64,000 nt of DNA from positions 124,341,782 to 124,405,781 of the forward strand of contig NC_057711.1 of assembly GCF_004010195.1 (NCBI RefSeq). The letters run 5' to 3'. Below are positions 26,371 to 38,455 of the stretch, piece after piece. Each line of letters opens with the position of its first letter. Position 1 is the first letter of the stretch. The position numbers and the translations under genes were made by a program. This stretch comes from Chiloscyllium plagiosum (lineage: Eukaryota). The notes below the pieces were generated by a model that did not search any database, had not been told where the DNA came from, and was given only the letters and a program-made list of their open reading frames with translations.

Positions 26371-27780
26371 ATTATCATCCCCACTATATCAAAGTTTCTC
26401 TTCTACAATAATCCAAATATAAAAGACTGTATCTTATTCCCAGAATGGTGTTCCCATATAGCAAAGGGATGCTACTTGTTTTATTCATCATAAATATAGC
26501 CAAAGACAATATAACCAAGATCCTGGCCATGACAATGTGCTGATAAACTTCAGTGTAATAGTTATATTCTTCATGACACCATTTTGACTGCTTTGAGTCT
26601 CACTGCACTGCACCTCTACTGTATTCTAATATACTCAAAAACACAGCTTAAACCGACAAGAACTAATTTCCTGAGTTTGTGTTAATAAGATTAAAATGTA
26701 TTCTTAAATGAGCTTATGAAACCGTGTCACAGTTCCTTGCTGAATGGTCCTGCTAATCCATTAGGAGCAACAAATTTTTCATAAATGTTATGTTCATTTG
26801 TCAGCCACTATTTTTACACGAAATATTCCATCATAAATAGAGACAAAGATGACACAATTATTTACAGAACTATTGCAACTTAAGCATGGTAGGAGACTAT
26901 AAACTTCATTGTAGCTGTGCTGGGAAGATTCCAAACTTTCAACTACAATCAAATTTACATCTTCACACTTATAAAACCAATAGTTCATCAAAGATCAGAT
27001 TCTGTATTTCAACAACATAATTCAAACTACAAACAAGTTAAGAGGAATTCTAAGAGCAAGTAAATTTTTTGTTGCTTTTCTTCAAGAGCGCATTAAACCC
27101 TCATTTCCAAATGTTCTCATAATGCCAAAATTTGACACAGTCCAATAATTGAATGGATGTTAATTCAAGATGAGATTGAACAGATTACATGTGGAGGGCA
27201 GAATCCCTGAGTGACAGGGGTTATGGCGGGATTTGTGGAAGAATCAGATAAGACATCTGGTCAGGCCCTATCTGATGTAGAGAGCAGTCGCTGCATAATT
27301 TATGTTTTTAGCAAGCAGTGAGATAAGTTTCTCATTTGGCAGTCATGATCTATTAATTAAGGGGGATTGTAGCTTGTTAAACTTGCTTTATTAATATTCA
27401 TCTTACAAACTGCACAGGATGAGCTAACTTCGAGAGTTCTTAATGTGGAAGTCAGAGCAGTAACTTGGCAATCTCAGCTCACCATTGTTGTTACCAGCTC
27501 CCATGGATGTTTTTATTCAGGGTGTCTCTGCCTCCACATTCCAGGGAGTCGGTCATGGTAACTTCAATGACTTGATGGCAGACAATCTGAGCAGTGGTAC
27601 TAATGTGATCAAGAAGATGTACAGTATCAGTCAGTGGTCATTTCTTGTCTTTCCCCTGAATTGGTGAACATCCAATTGGTACACACAAGAGAAAAACAGA
27701 GTTTGTACTGGCTTGCAATGAGTGACCCTGATAACAAGGTTATGGTGAAAGTTGCAGTGGAATGAAAAGTTGGTACTTAC

Positions 27781-28486
27781 TCAGTTGGTGAAACACACAT
27801 GTTCCAGCGTTCCACCTGGAGAAGTCCTAGTCTTCTTGGAGGAGCTGAAGACTCCACTATCAAAGACCCTCCATCTGTTCAGGCTCTTTCTAAATGATAA
27901 CACTAGCTACCTGATGAAGGAATAGTGCTTGTACTTACAAATAAACCTGTTGGATTGTAACCTGGTGCTGTGTGATTTTTAACTTTGGCCACCCCAGTCC
28001 AACACCGGCACCCCGACATCATGAATGATAATGGACTGTCCTCCTGTAATGAAATGAAAGGAGGGATTGAGTGAGCTGAAAGTGGATGGCACGGCCTTTC
28101 ATGTTGATGCAAGTGAGAGAAAGATGGTGATGTGTTCCGTGGGAGTGACTGGGCAGCACTGCAGCCATGTGAAATATTGGAAGGGAGTGAGAATGGGTGA
28201 GGAAAGATGTTGCAGGTGTTACAAGTCACTCAGGCGACACATTGGAAATTGAGTCCCACTATTCACAGAGGTTACAGATCTTAAAAAGGATGCAAAGTTT
28301 CCCAATTTATATGACTTTCAGACCCAGGTGAAACAGAGAAGTTACTTAACCTTTTTACAGCACTGCTAGCTGCTCCTTGGCATCTCTGATGCCATCTAAG
28401 GAAAGAATATCCTTCCTTTGCACCATCCCATTCACCAGATAATCCAGATCCTTGTTGGAAAATCACAGCATCACCTTCTCTGACAT
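27781..28486 (-). mobile_element. Harbinger-associated Myb/SANT-like gene relic (2 exons)
   Basis: MSEKVML*FSNKDLDYLVNGMVQRKDIL...QCCKKV; acceptor ttacag|gag at 28044; exon end caactga|gtaagt matches the 36824 copy. Confidence 0.7.
27901..28023 (+). mobile_element. Penelope-derived mini-element, family B (single arm)
   Basis: acctgatgaagg..aaataaacctgttgga..ccagtccaacaccggc; flanked by aatgataa repeats. Confidence 0.8.
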
Positions 28487-29214
28487 GTTCAGAATCCATT
28501 CGTCACCAAGCAGGGCAGCTTCTAAATGCCACTGCTTATCCAGGTGCATAGTGCTCTTTTAAATATGGTGCAGGCGGGAAGAATGTGAATCTTTTAGTGG
28601 CTATCTGGTGAGTGGTGTGTTACTGAAGGAAATCTGTGTAGTAGATTAGAATTGGATATGAGGGATGCCATAGGGGTGGGATAGATGGTGAGATATTTGG
28701 AAAGATATGACAAGAAATCTCATACGACACCATGGCAAAAAAAAACAATACAACTCACGCTAAGTGAAAAAATGTTAAATTCAGTCCAAAGTTATTCACT
28801 AACATTGCAGCCAATACTGCATTTGTTCTGAAGTGCACAGATTTCTTTCATTTTTGCATTTGACCTGTTTATGCCACTATATTTCTTCAATAGATGATCA
28901 CACTATTAAAAAGTACCCACTTAAAAAAAGCACTCATGTTGCTAACTGTCTTAAGTGTGAGAGTGTATTGCTGAGGTAGAAGATCACCATAATCTTACTG
29001 AAATATTGAGGACAGAAAAGCCAAACAGAGTATTCTTGCTGCTATTCATGTGGCCTTATATCTTTATCACATGAAGAACTCATTTTGTAAAAGTCTTTTT
29101 TAAACTAGAAGTGGCTCACTTACAATTAATACCTTTAAAAGCTCATGTTTCCAAACTAAAATACAACAGTATTATGATACAAGTTGGAGAAGTCACTTGC
29201 AGAACGTTATTTTG

Positions 29215-30218
29215 CTCAAGTTCTAACTAGTGAGGTACCACAGATGTCAGGCCTTGGGCCCCAACTATTTACATTCTATATTAATGATTTAGCTGCAGGA
29301 ATACAGTGAATTATTGCCAAATTTACCGATGATACTAAAGTAGGTGGGCAAGTAAGTTACAGCGAACAATAAAAATAGTTAAAATGGATATGGATAAATT
29401 AGGTGAATGGAACAAAATGTGGCTGATAGAGTTTAATACGGATAAGTGTCAGGTATTCATTTTTGTCAGAAGAATACAGAGGCAAAAAATTATCCAAATG
29501 GAGAGACACTTCAAAATGCTTAAGTACATGAGTTGCAGGAAGTTAGTATGTAAGTACGATAGGTAAGAAGGAGGACGAATGGAATTTTGGCATTTATGGC
29601 AAAAAGAAGCTAAAGCAAGGCTAAGAAGTAATGTTGAAGCGGTATAAGGCATTATTGAGAACACATCTGGAGTACTGTGTATAGTTATGGTCCCCTTACT
29701 AGGGGATGGGTGTAGTTGCATTGGAAGCAGTTCAGAGAAAGTTCACAAGATTAATTCCAGAGATGGAAAGCATATTTTATGAAGAGAGATTGAACAGTTT
29801 AGGTCTATACTGTCTCAAGATTATAATAATGAATGGAGAACTAATTGGGGTATATAAGATGCTAAAGGGGACTGACAAAATAAATGTTGAGTGGATGTTT
29901 TCCCATGTGGAACAATCTAAATGAGAGGTCGTAGTTTTAGGTTAAGGGATGGCAGATTTATAACAGGGATGAGGAGGAAATCTTCTCTCAAAGGGCTATG
30001 AATCTCTGAATTCACTACTTAGAGTGCATTGCAACCCAGGGCACTGAATAAATTTGAAGAGGTAGACAAATTTTTAATTAGTAATGGTTTAAAGGGTTAT
30101 GGGAGCAAGCAAGAAAGTGGAGTTGAGGGCAAGATGAGATTAGTCATTATCATATTAAGTGGCAGAGGAGGATTGAGGGCTGAATTGCCTTCTTCTGCCC
30201 CTAGTTCACATGTTCTTG
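29215..30218 (+). mobile_element. Decayed CR1 LINE 3' portion
   Basis: GPQLFTFYINDL, KFTDDTK, LEAVQRKFTRLIP motifs. Confidence 0.85.
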
Positions 30219-30547
30219 TTCATATTACATGCCTACCTGATACATATAAATACAGTCTGAGGTTTGCACACGCACACATCATGGAAAGTACATTGAACAT
30301 CTTGATAAACTGCAATAAAGGTTCTTAATATATCACTGCTAATATTTGAGAGTTTGGGTTCGAAATTGGAAGGAAGAACAATGTTCACATAAAATTGAAA
30401 TTATGTTTGAATTGTGCAGCAAGAAAGTAAAGATGTGGTATTTATTTTCACTTCTGATTTGTTCACTGGCTGTAGGATAACTAGAGACCTCTTTATATGA
30501 AATTTAATGGGTACCTTTAAACATTTGAGGTGAACACCAGAAAAAGT

Positions 30548-30863
30548 GGGGTGGCACGGTGGCTCAGTGGATAGCACTGCTGCCTCACAGCACCAGGGTC
30601 CCAGGTTCGATTCTCAGCCTTGAGTGACTGGGTAGAGTTTGCACATTCTCCCTGTGTCTGCGTGGGTTTCCTCCGGGTGCTCCGGTTTCCTCCCACAGTC
30701 TAAAGATGTGCAGCTCAGGTGAATTGGCCATGCTAAATTGCCCATTGTGCTAGGTGCATTAGTCAGAGGGAAATGGGTCTGGGTGGGTTACTCTTCGGAG
30801 GGTCGGTGTGGACTTGTTGGGTCGAAGGGCCTGTTTCCGCACTATAGGGAATCTAATCTAATC
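30548..30863 (+). mobile_element. HE1-type SINE (well preserved)
   Basis: A box TGGCTCAGTGG, B box GGTTCGATTC, conserved core, (AATCT)n tail, possible TSD aaaagt. Confidence 0.92.
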
Positions 30864-30961
30864 TAAAAGTTATAAAAAACCCAAAAGCCAGACAATGTAC
30901 AAGCTCATTCAGTGAGTCACAAAATCGCAGAAGAATAAATGCTATATTGTACAGACACCAG

Positions 30962-31186
30962 AGCTAGAAATGTTTTGCTGGAAAAGCGCAGCAGGTCAGG
31001 CAGCATCCAAGGAGCAGGAGAATCGACGTTTCGGGCATAAGCCCTTCTTCAGCCCTTCTTCCTGAAGAAGGGCTTATGCCCGAAACATCGATTCTCCTGC
31101 TCCTTGGATGCTGCCTGACCTGCTGTGCTTTTCCAGCAACACATTTTCAGCTCTGATCTCCAGCATCTGCAGTCCTCACTTTCTCC
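30962..31186 (+). mobile_element. Penelope-derived palindromic mini-element, family A
   Basis: Inverted arms of about 90 bp; exact 15-bp TSD TTGTACAGACACCAG at 30947-30961 and 31187-31201. Confidence 0.92.
31021..31052 (-). ncRNA. Minimal hammerhead ribozyme core (Penelope type)
   Basis: CUGAAGA-A-GGGC-UUAU-GCCC-GAAA-CGUC; stem I truncated by the inversion junction. Confidence 0.6.
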
Positions 31187-31639
31187 TTGTACAGACACCA
31201 GGGCTGGTAAGAAGTCTTGATTGGCCAAGAAGTCAGTGAGAAAAACATCCAGAAGAAGAAGGCTGTGGAGGTGTCAGGGAGAAAAGACATTTTCCAAAAG
31301 TGAGTGGATGAAATTAGCTGAGATATTCTTGATGTTGAACATTGATATAAGCCAAACCAGAGTACATTCTGTACAATTGCTTTTCTCAGTGCCTACTCAA
31401 ACTGGTTTACAAGATGATGGAGTACTAATTTGTCAGTGAGAGGAAGGGGAGAGATGAGTGTGAAAGAGGGAAGGGGGAGAGAGAACACATGCCAATAAAC
31501 AAGAGATTTTCTTGTCTCCGTTTGACCTGAAGCCGAGATTTTATGGAGTCCAGATTCCACTTCGAGGACTTCCAGGACCATTCCCTCTTTGCCACTGCAC
31601 AGCTCTGTCAGCTGGCTCTGTTTCAATGGTGGGACAAAA

Positions 31640-32150
31640 CCTATCCAGTATTGGTGAAGGTATTGTCTAAGACAATGTGTGTAATGTATGATTTCATGAT
31701 ATGATTATGTCAGGCTGTTGCTTAACTAGTTTGTGAGACAGCTCTTCCAATTTTAGCATTAGCCCCCAGATGTTGGGAGGCGGACTTTCCAAATTTGACA
31801 GGTTTGAGTTTACCATTGTTGTTTTCAGTGCCTAAGTTGATATCAGGTAGTCTGTCCAGTTTCATTCCTTTTTTGAGGTTTTTTAGTGGATGATGCCACT
31901 GAGATGCTGACTGGACAGTTAAATGGTTAAACATATTGCAATGGGTCTGGTGTAATATGTAGGCCAGAGCAGGTAAGGATGGTACATTTTCCATCCCTGG
32001 TGGCTTTTTCTGACAATCAAAAATGTTTTCACAGTTGTCATTTAATTTCAGATTTTATTGAATTCAAATTTTACCATCTGCTGCTGTGGGATTCAAACCC
32101 ATATTACCTAGTCTCTGCATTAATTGCAGATACCACTATGACATTCTTTC
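31640..32150 (-). mobile_element. 5' end of Crack-like LINE with tRNA-like head
   Basis: B-box-like GGGTTTGAATCCC (32088-32100, antisense) followed by APE N-terminus (LGANAKIGRAVSQTS frame of PKLGELSHRLVKQQPDI). Confidence 0.65.
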
Positions 32151-32154
32151 CTCT

Positions 32155-33430
32155 TGAGAGCTGAAAAGCTCTCATTATTTCTTTCCTTGCACTCCACCCA
32201 TTGGCTGGCCTGTACACAATTCCTACAAGTGCCTTTTTGCCTTTGTCATTTTTCATGGCACTAATGTGATTGTTAATGAGGAGAACCACCTCTCCATCAT
32301 TTCCCAGCTTTCTGTCCTTGTAAAATGTCCTGTGCCCTTTAAGATTCAAGTCCTAAACATTCTGTAGTAGTTACTAAGTGTACTTCTTTATATTTGTGCT
32401 CAGTTCATTTGTTCTGTTTTCAATGCTGTATATATCCTCTTTGTTAGTAAATTCTAACATTATCTGTTGTTCACTCCTTAATTGGCACATCTGATCTCTC
32501 TCTCTGTCATGGTCTATCTCTTATTTTTGGTACCGCTAGTTTTCTCTTTGGAATTGATTTACTATATCATCCTAAATGTGACCCCTTGTTCCCACTGCTT
32601 AGTTTAAAACATAAGAATTAGATGTCACAGTCAACCATTCAGCCCTCAAGCCTACTCCACTGTTGAATAAATCATGGCGTATCTGTTTGTGTTTTGAATT
32701 CTACAATAACCCTTGATTTCCTTGCCTTACAATCTCTTCTCAATGTCTTAAAAATATTCACTGACTTTTTCTCTGTCACTTTCTGATACAGAATTCCAAG
32801 ATCACACAAGACTCTAAGAGAAAAAAAATCTTCTTGAGCCTCTCTGTCTTGAAAAGGGGAGCCTAATGTTAAAACAGTGCCCCTTCATTCTGGTTTGACC
32901 CAAAAGAGGAAAGATCCTTTCCAATTCCACCTTGTCAAGACCATTCAGGATCTTATACACTTCAATCGAATTTTTCCTCAGTCTTCGAAATTCCAGATGA
33001 AACACATCCACCCTGATCAAGCTATCCTCATATGACAACAATTTCATTCAAAATATCAATCAATCTAGATAAACTCCTCTGAACTGGTCCCAGTACAATT
33101 AGTCATTACTTCAATGAAGAGATCAAAATTGCAAAAGTAATCAACACATGGTCTCACTGGCACCCTGTATAATTGAAGCATAACTTCCTTCATGTTTATT
33201 TCCTTGTAATAAAGATGAACATCTCATTAGTCTTCTTTATTATGTCCTGGACAAACATGCTAATAATTTGTGACTCATACACAAGGATATCTCTGTTACT
33301 CAGAATTCCATAGTCATTCTCCAACTTAGTAAGACTCTGCTTTCTTATTCTTCCTACACAAGGGAACAACTTCATGTTTTCCCACTTTATACTCCATCTG
33401 CTAAGTTCTTGCTCACTGACTTACTTACTA
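32155..33430 (-). mobile_element. Two decayed CR1 fragments (endonuclease part 32155-32605, 3' part 32610-33430)
   Basis: GHRTFYKDRK..LVGIVYRP; LEFRRLRKNSIEVYKILNGLDKV, TRMKGH. Confidence 0.75.
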
Positions 33431-33849
33431 CCCACTCCCTCTTCCCCAGCTACGTGTTTGAGAAGTAATGGCTACAGCACAGTTCAACTGGAGACAGCCC
33501 CGTCAGTACAGATGGTGCTTTCCCCAGTATTGGTTCAAATGTTACAAAAACCAGAAGGCCTCATCAAACTCCTCATTTGCGTCTTTAGCAGCTGAATTTG
33601 TCTTTGACCTCAGATCTGGAAAATGGTACAGAACTACTCTTTAAACTGGCTACCTGTGCTCAGTGCTAGAAATATCGTCAGCCCCTTTGGTCTGCTTCAC
33701 GAGAACATAAGGTCAGAGTTCATCTTTCTGCCTGTTGACACATAACATTTCAAATATTGTTAATAAAAAAATCTGCCTAACACAACCTTGAATATATTCA
33801 ACAATTCAACTTTCACTGCTCTTTAGGGAAAAGAATTCAACAACACAGG

Positions 33850-34900
33850 GCACTCACCTCTAAGGTACCCTGTATATGTGGCACACTTATCTGAGATGGT
33901 GGCTGGAAATGTGAGCCTGGGTGTCCATGTTCTTCCTTGCTAGTCTCCGCTTCCTTTTTTCATCTACACCTGGAACACCTTTTAGTGAGGTGACAGTCTT
34001 GGGTGCCTATAAAGAGAGTCTCAAAAGGGTGTGATTGATAGAGGGATCAAAGCAAGAGGTGTATCGTGAGACGTTCTGCAGGTTTTATACAGGTAGAGAT
34101 TTCTGGATGAAACAGATGTGAGTTCTGAGCAGTTTTAGGTACAAACACGCTATTACTCTCAATGATTTCAGCTCCACAGCTGGCCACAGCCCCAGTTATG
34201 GCTTCTCCAACGATGGTGAGAATCTACAGTTGCGTCTTCTCCATTTAGCCATTACTACCGACAGCGATATGTTGCCTTTTTTCAACAAATGTTAGGAAAA
34301 TATGTTCATAGGTGTGGTACAGTATAATTGAATGATATGCCTGGTTTGATAAGTTAGTTACATAATTACACGTGCATGCTGTGAAGGGTGAGGTTTGTAA
34401 CAGTATGAAATGTGTAAGAGCGATGTGTAGCTACTAATGTGGAGATGAATTATAATTTTAAAAGGCTGGTGGTGGTGAATTACAAAGGTATGAAAAATTA
34501 AGCTGTATCTGAGGCTAGTGGTTAATTTGTATGGACATGTATTTGTATTGACCTCGACCATTTGTGTGAGATCATTTAACTCATTCGGACACTACATCCA
34601 GGTCATCAGTCTTCAGAATTGATCCCGAGAACATTCTGGTCCCATACCTTTACAAAGTTTCTTTAGAATACTTCCAGGTCCCTTCTAGATTGATGACATT
34701 TCTCCTCTCCATCTTCTGTACCAGGGCCACCGATGTTACACTGGAGAACTTGGTGAGGGTTAGGGTTCTGCTAACCCAGCTCTTTTCTGTGTTCTGCTAT
34801 TCAAATGTCTTTTGCAGATTAAACGCCATGCAAAATAAATTCCAACAGCGGTGGTATCCAAAATCATCCCATTTAGATGGATACCACCTGTCTTTAATTA
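33850..34900. mobile_element. Very old RTE-like LINE remnants
   Basis: Antisense EKRKRR..PATISDKC (RTE C-terminus-like) at 33870-33970; sense segment resembling GVRQGCVLAPTLF at about 34750-34800. Confidence 0.35.
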
Positions 34901-34921
34901 GAGCCAGCTAGCTTGAGCTTA

Positions 34922-35020
34922 TAATAAAAACAGAAGCTGATGGAGAAACTCAGCAGGTCTGGGAGCACCTGCAGAGAGAGAAAGAAAGTTAATGCTTTGA
35001 GGCCAATGACTCTTCTTTGG
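34922..35020 (-). mobile_element. Penelope-like 3' terminal fragment
   Basis: Reverse-complement homology to 19583-19688. Confidence 0.55.
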
Positions 35021-35892
35021 ACCGCAGCTTGAATTCCTGCTTGTTTCAGATGATTTACGTTCTCGCCTTAGCATTCAGCCACTCCACAGCTCACTTAGTG
35101 CTGACTGCAGGCAGCAAATGTATACAACAATGGGAAGAACAAAATGCCCATGATAATTGCATTGAAACAACTATCCATGGGTTAACCATGCATCATAATC
35201 CATGCATTCATTCTCAAGAGTAATCCTGCTCATCAGTCTCAGAAAACGCCATACAAATTTGTGACTATTTTAGTTCAGTTCTCTCCAAAGCTTGGAGGCA
35301 GAATCAAGCTACAAGAAAAAAGAAGAAGACCACATGATATGTTCAATATTCTGTCTGACTGGCAGATAATTTTGAATTCATGTGACAAGTATTTACATCT
35401 CTTACTACTTCATCCGCCAGTTTGAAACTTTTGAAAAACAGTTACTCTTGCTAAAATGATTTCTTAACAAAGATTGAAGAAAAATAAGTTTCTGTGCAGA
35501 ATTGATTTTAAATAATAGTTCTACAGAGATTGCAAACCATCAGCAATGGCCATTGAATGAAGAGTAATATCTACTATAGATGTACGTTAGGATAATGAAT
35601 TTGCTTGTTATTTATTTGCTGTTGCTCAATGCCTTCTAAGCTAAAGCTTTAAAAATATTTCAAGTTGTAATGCTGCCACCTTTTAAAGACAGGGAGCTGC
35701 TTATGCAGCAGAGAATCGAGGTAATAAGGAATGAAATATAAGGAAGCATAATGAGTTGAACCTAAGGTTTTTGATGAAGTGTCAGTTGGGTTGATGCTCT
35801 CCATGAGGCCTAGTGAGATCTCTTGCTGTATGTCACCAGACTTGCCTCATTAATTACCTATCCCAGCCTATGGCTCCACTCTCATCCAATTA

Positions 35893-35991
35893 CAGTCTAG
35901 ATTAGAGTGGAGCTGGAAAAGCACAGCAGGTCAGGCAGCATCTGAAGAGCAGGAAAATCAATGTTTCAGGCAAAAACCCTTCATCAGGAAT
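35893..35991 (-). mobile_element. Penelope family A single arm
   Basis: gctggaaaagcacagcaggtcaggcagcatc..cccttcatcaggaat. Confidence 0.8.
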
Positions 35992-36161
35992 TAGCCCTAT
36001 CCCACCAGCCACAGTTCCCTGAAGAATTTGCCACTTTCTGGATATCTGCTGAAACATGGGTATGTCTGGCATTTACATCATCTTTAAAATGTTGCTATTT
36101 ACCTGGAAAAATATTGGCATTCCAAAGCTATCATGCTTTTTCAAAGATAATCTTTCCAAAC

Positions 36162-36824
36162 GTAGCTGAGGAAGGGGAAATTGCACCATCTTTCTCTGAC
36201 AGGGACCTGGAGGGTCTGATGGACAGGATGGACTGGAAGAGGGAGTCCTCTTCTTGGAGGACCAGCAGAGGAGGCCCTGTCATCAGACCCAGTCAATGTG
36301 TTCTGCGGTTACCTTGCAGCACAGTGCAATCTCCCTAAGTTCAAAGGAATGGACAGCAGTGCCGCAAGGAGGTCAATGATCTTCTCCGCTCTGCTAGGTA
36401 TGTGCCACACTTCTCTCTGACACTTCACATTTACCCTATCTCTGCTACTGCACTCATTCTCCACCAAGGCTCATGCTTACCACTATCGCTATTGTCAATA
36501 ACATTTTCTTTCACTCGCTCTTGTCACCACCCAACCACACCCACACCACTAATTCTGCATCACCCCTGCACTGTCTACAATCCCAGGAGACCTCATTACT
36601 CCTCAAATCACCAACAATGCCACCCACTTTCATTTCACTCAATCATTCCTGTTCTCTAATTTCAGGAGAAAGCAGCCCATAACAGGGCAGAAAGTGCAAG
36701 GGTGAATGGAGAGGTGCCAAACATTGAGCTCCTCACCAAGTAGGAGAACAGAATCCTGTCCCTCACAGGAGAAGACCTGGACAGCCCCTACATTTATGCC
36801 GAGGTATCTACGCCCACCAACTGA
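36162..36824 (+). mobile_element. Harbinger-associated Myb/SANT-like (MSANTD/NAIF1-like) gene relic with intron
   Basis: APSFSDRDLEGLMD...QQCRKEVNDLLRSAR | GT intron 36398-36665 AG | EKAAHNRAESARVNGEVPNIELLTK*ENRILSL | gtaagt; frameshifts and a stop. Confidence 0.8.
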
Positions 36825-37300
36825 GTAAGTGCCATATTCCCTTTGATCCACTCCAAATCTCACGTTGGCCCTGCCATTGATCGGAATGCCTTCTTCCCCT
36901 TGTGTCTTGCTGGTACCAGTGGGGTGTCCACAGCTCTTGGAGAGAAATGGGCTGCTCTGCCAGAGGCACCTCCTCATCTACTGAGGAAGAGATTTCAAAA
37001 GACTGCAATGAAGTAAGGGGAAGGCTGCCTACTGCATCCCTCATCGGCTGACACCGTGGTGGGAAAGTCAGGGAGCACAAGCCTGTCAGAGGTCTCCTCT
37101 CAGGTCACTGCATTGTTGACTGGGCCTGCCACCTTCCACCACTTGGAAGCTCAAGCTGAAGAGTTGAAGTTCACTTTGCTCTGGCAGGCAGATCCTCAGC
37201 ATGCCTGTCCTGTGCAGGCACAACCCCTCATTATCACGCAATCAAACCTCCACAGGGTTACTTGATGTCACTGGCAAGTGTGCCGGCACAGTGCCTTTAA

Positions 37301-37668
37301 GAGATGTGTTCTGACCTATTTCTCTTGCAGAGGGGTGTTGTCACTGTGATGCCAAAATGTCTCCTTCAGATAGGTAATTGGTAGAGAGCTTTTGAGTTCT
37401 CATTGGGTGTTTCTTTTATAAGAAGGCAACAGAATCATGAGTGGTCTGGGAATCATGCAGGGAAGATCTTTATTTTTGGCTTCAGTTTGTGAGAATTTGC
37501 TACTTTTGATTGTTAAGAGGAAGCCTCACTGTCTAAGACTTCATTCTAGTAGCAGGGAATTTGCTAGAAGAAATCAAACGCTGCTTATGAACTACCTGTA
37601 TAAAGGAGACATTGCAGTATCACTGTGACAATACCCCTCTGCAAGAGAAACAGGGCAGAACACATCTC
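37301..37668. repeat. Fold-back / MITE-like element with about 76-bp inverted arms
   Basis: gagatgtgttctgacctatttctcttgcagaggggtgttgtcactgtgat... pairs with ...atcactgtgacaatacccctctgcaagagaaacagggcagaacacatctc. Confidence 0.8.
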
Positions 37669-37701
37669 GTGAAGATACAGTATTATGATACAAGTAAGCT
37701 T

Positions 37702-37866
37702 ACAGTCCAAAGATGTGCAGGTCAGGTGAACTGGCCAGGCTAAATTGCCCGTAGTGTTAGATATAGGGGGAAATGTAGGGGTATGGGTGGGTTGCGCTTC
37801 GGCGGGTCGGTGTGGACTTGTTGGGCCGAAGGGCCTGTTTCCATACTGTAATGTAATCTAATCTAA
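37702..37866 (+). mobile_element. 5'-truncated HE1-type SINE
   Basis: cagtccaaagatgtgcaggtcaggtg..gggccgaagggcctgtttcc..(aatct)n. Confidence 0.88.
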
Positions 37867-37869
37867 CCT

Positions 37870-38455
37870 TTGTGTGTGAAACTGTTTCCTATCATCTCTC
37901 CTTATGGTCAGGCCCTATTTGTCAAATCATGCCTCCTAGTTCTAGAATCCCCATCCAGTGGAAATAGTTTATCGTTAACTAGCCTGTCTTTTCCTGTTAA
38001 TATAATGAGGAGAAAGTGAGGTCTGCAGATGCTAGAGATCAGAGCTGAAAATGTGTTGCTGGAACAGCGCAGCAGGTCAGGCAGCATCCAAGGAACAGGA
38101 GAATTGATGTTTCGGGAAATAAGCCCTTCTTCAGGAAACTGAATTCTTGAAGAAGGGCTTATGCCCGAAACGTCGATTCTCCTGTTCCTTGGATGCTGCC
38201 TGACCTGCTGCACTGTTCCAGCAACACATTTTCAGCTCTGTTAATATAATGACTGGTCAGATTACCCCTTAACCTTCTAAATTCAATAAAAAACAGGTCT
38301 AATTTATATAATTTCTCTTCATAACTTATTTCCTAAGGTCCAGGCATCATTCTTGTAAACTGATGTTGTATTGTCTCCAAGGCCACTATATCCTTCTTAA
38401 GGTGTGCTGCCCAGATCTGCTCACAGTACTCCAAGTGGGATCTAACCAACATTTC
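37870..38455 (-). mobile_element. CR1 fragment hosting a Penelope mini-element
   Basis: LVRSHLEYCEQIWAAHLKKDIVALE; GDSRTRRH. Confidence 0.8.
38009..38237 (-). mobile_element. Penelope-derived palindromic mini-element, family A
   Basis: Inverted arms; exact 15-bp TSD CTGTTAATATAATGA at 37994-38008 and 38238-38252. Confidence 0.92.

Noticed and set aside
30548-30620. tRNA gene
   Set aside because: The A and B boxes belong to a SINE head that continues into the SINE core and LINE-derived tail
33858-34006. 149-bp minus-strand segment with good acceptor (ctctctttatag) and donor (gtgagtg) as a host exon
   Set aside because: All three frames contain a stop, and the sequence resembles an RTE LINE C-terminus; at most a non-coding exon
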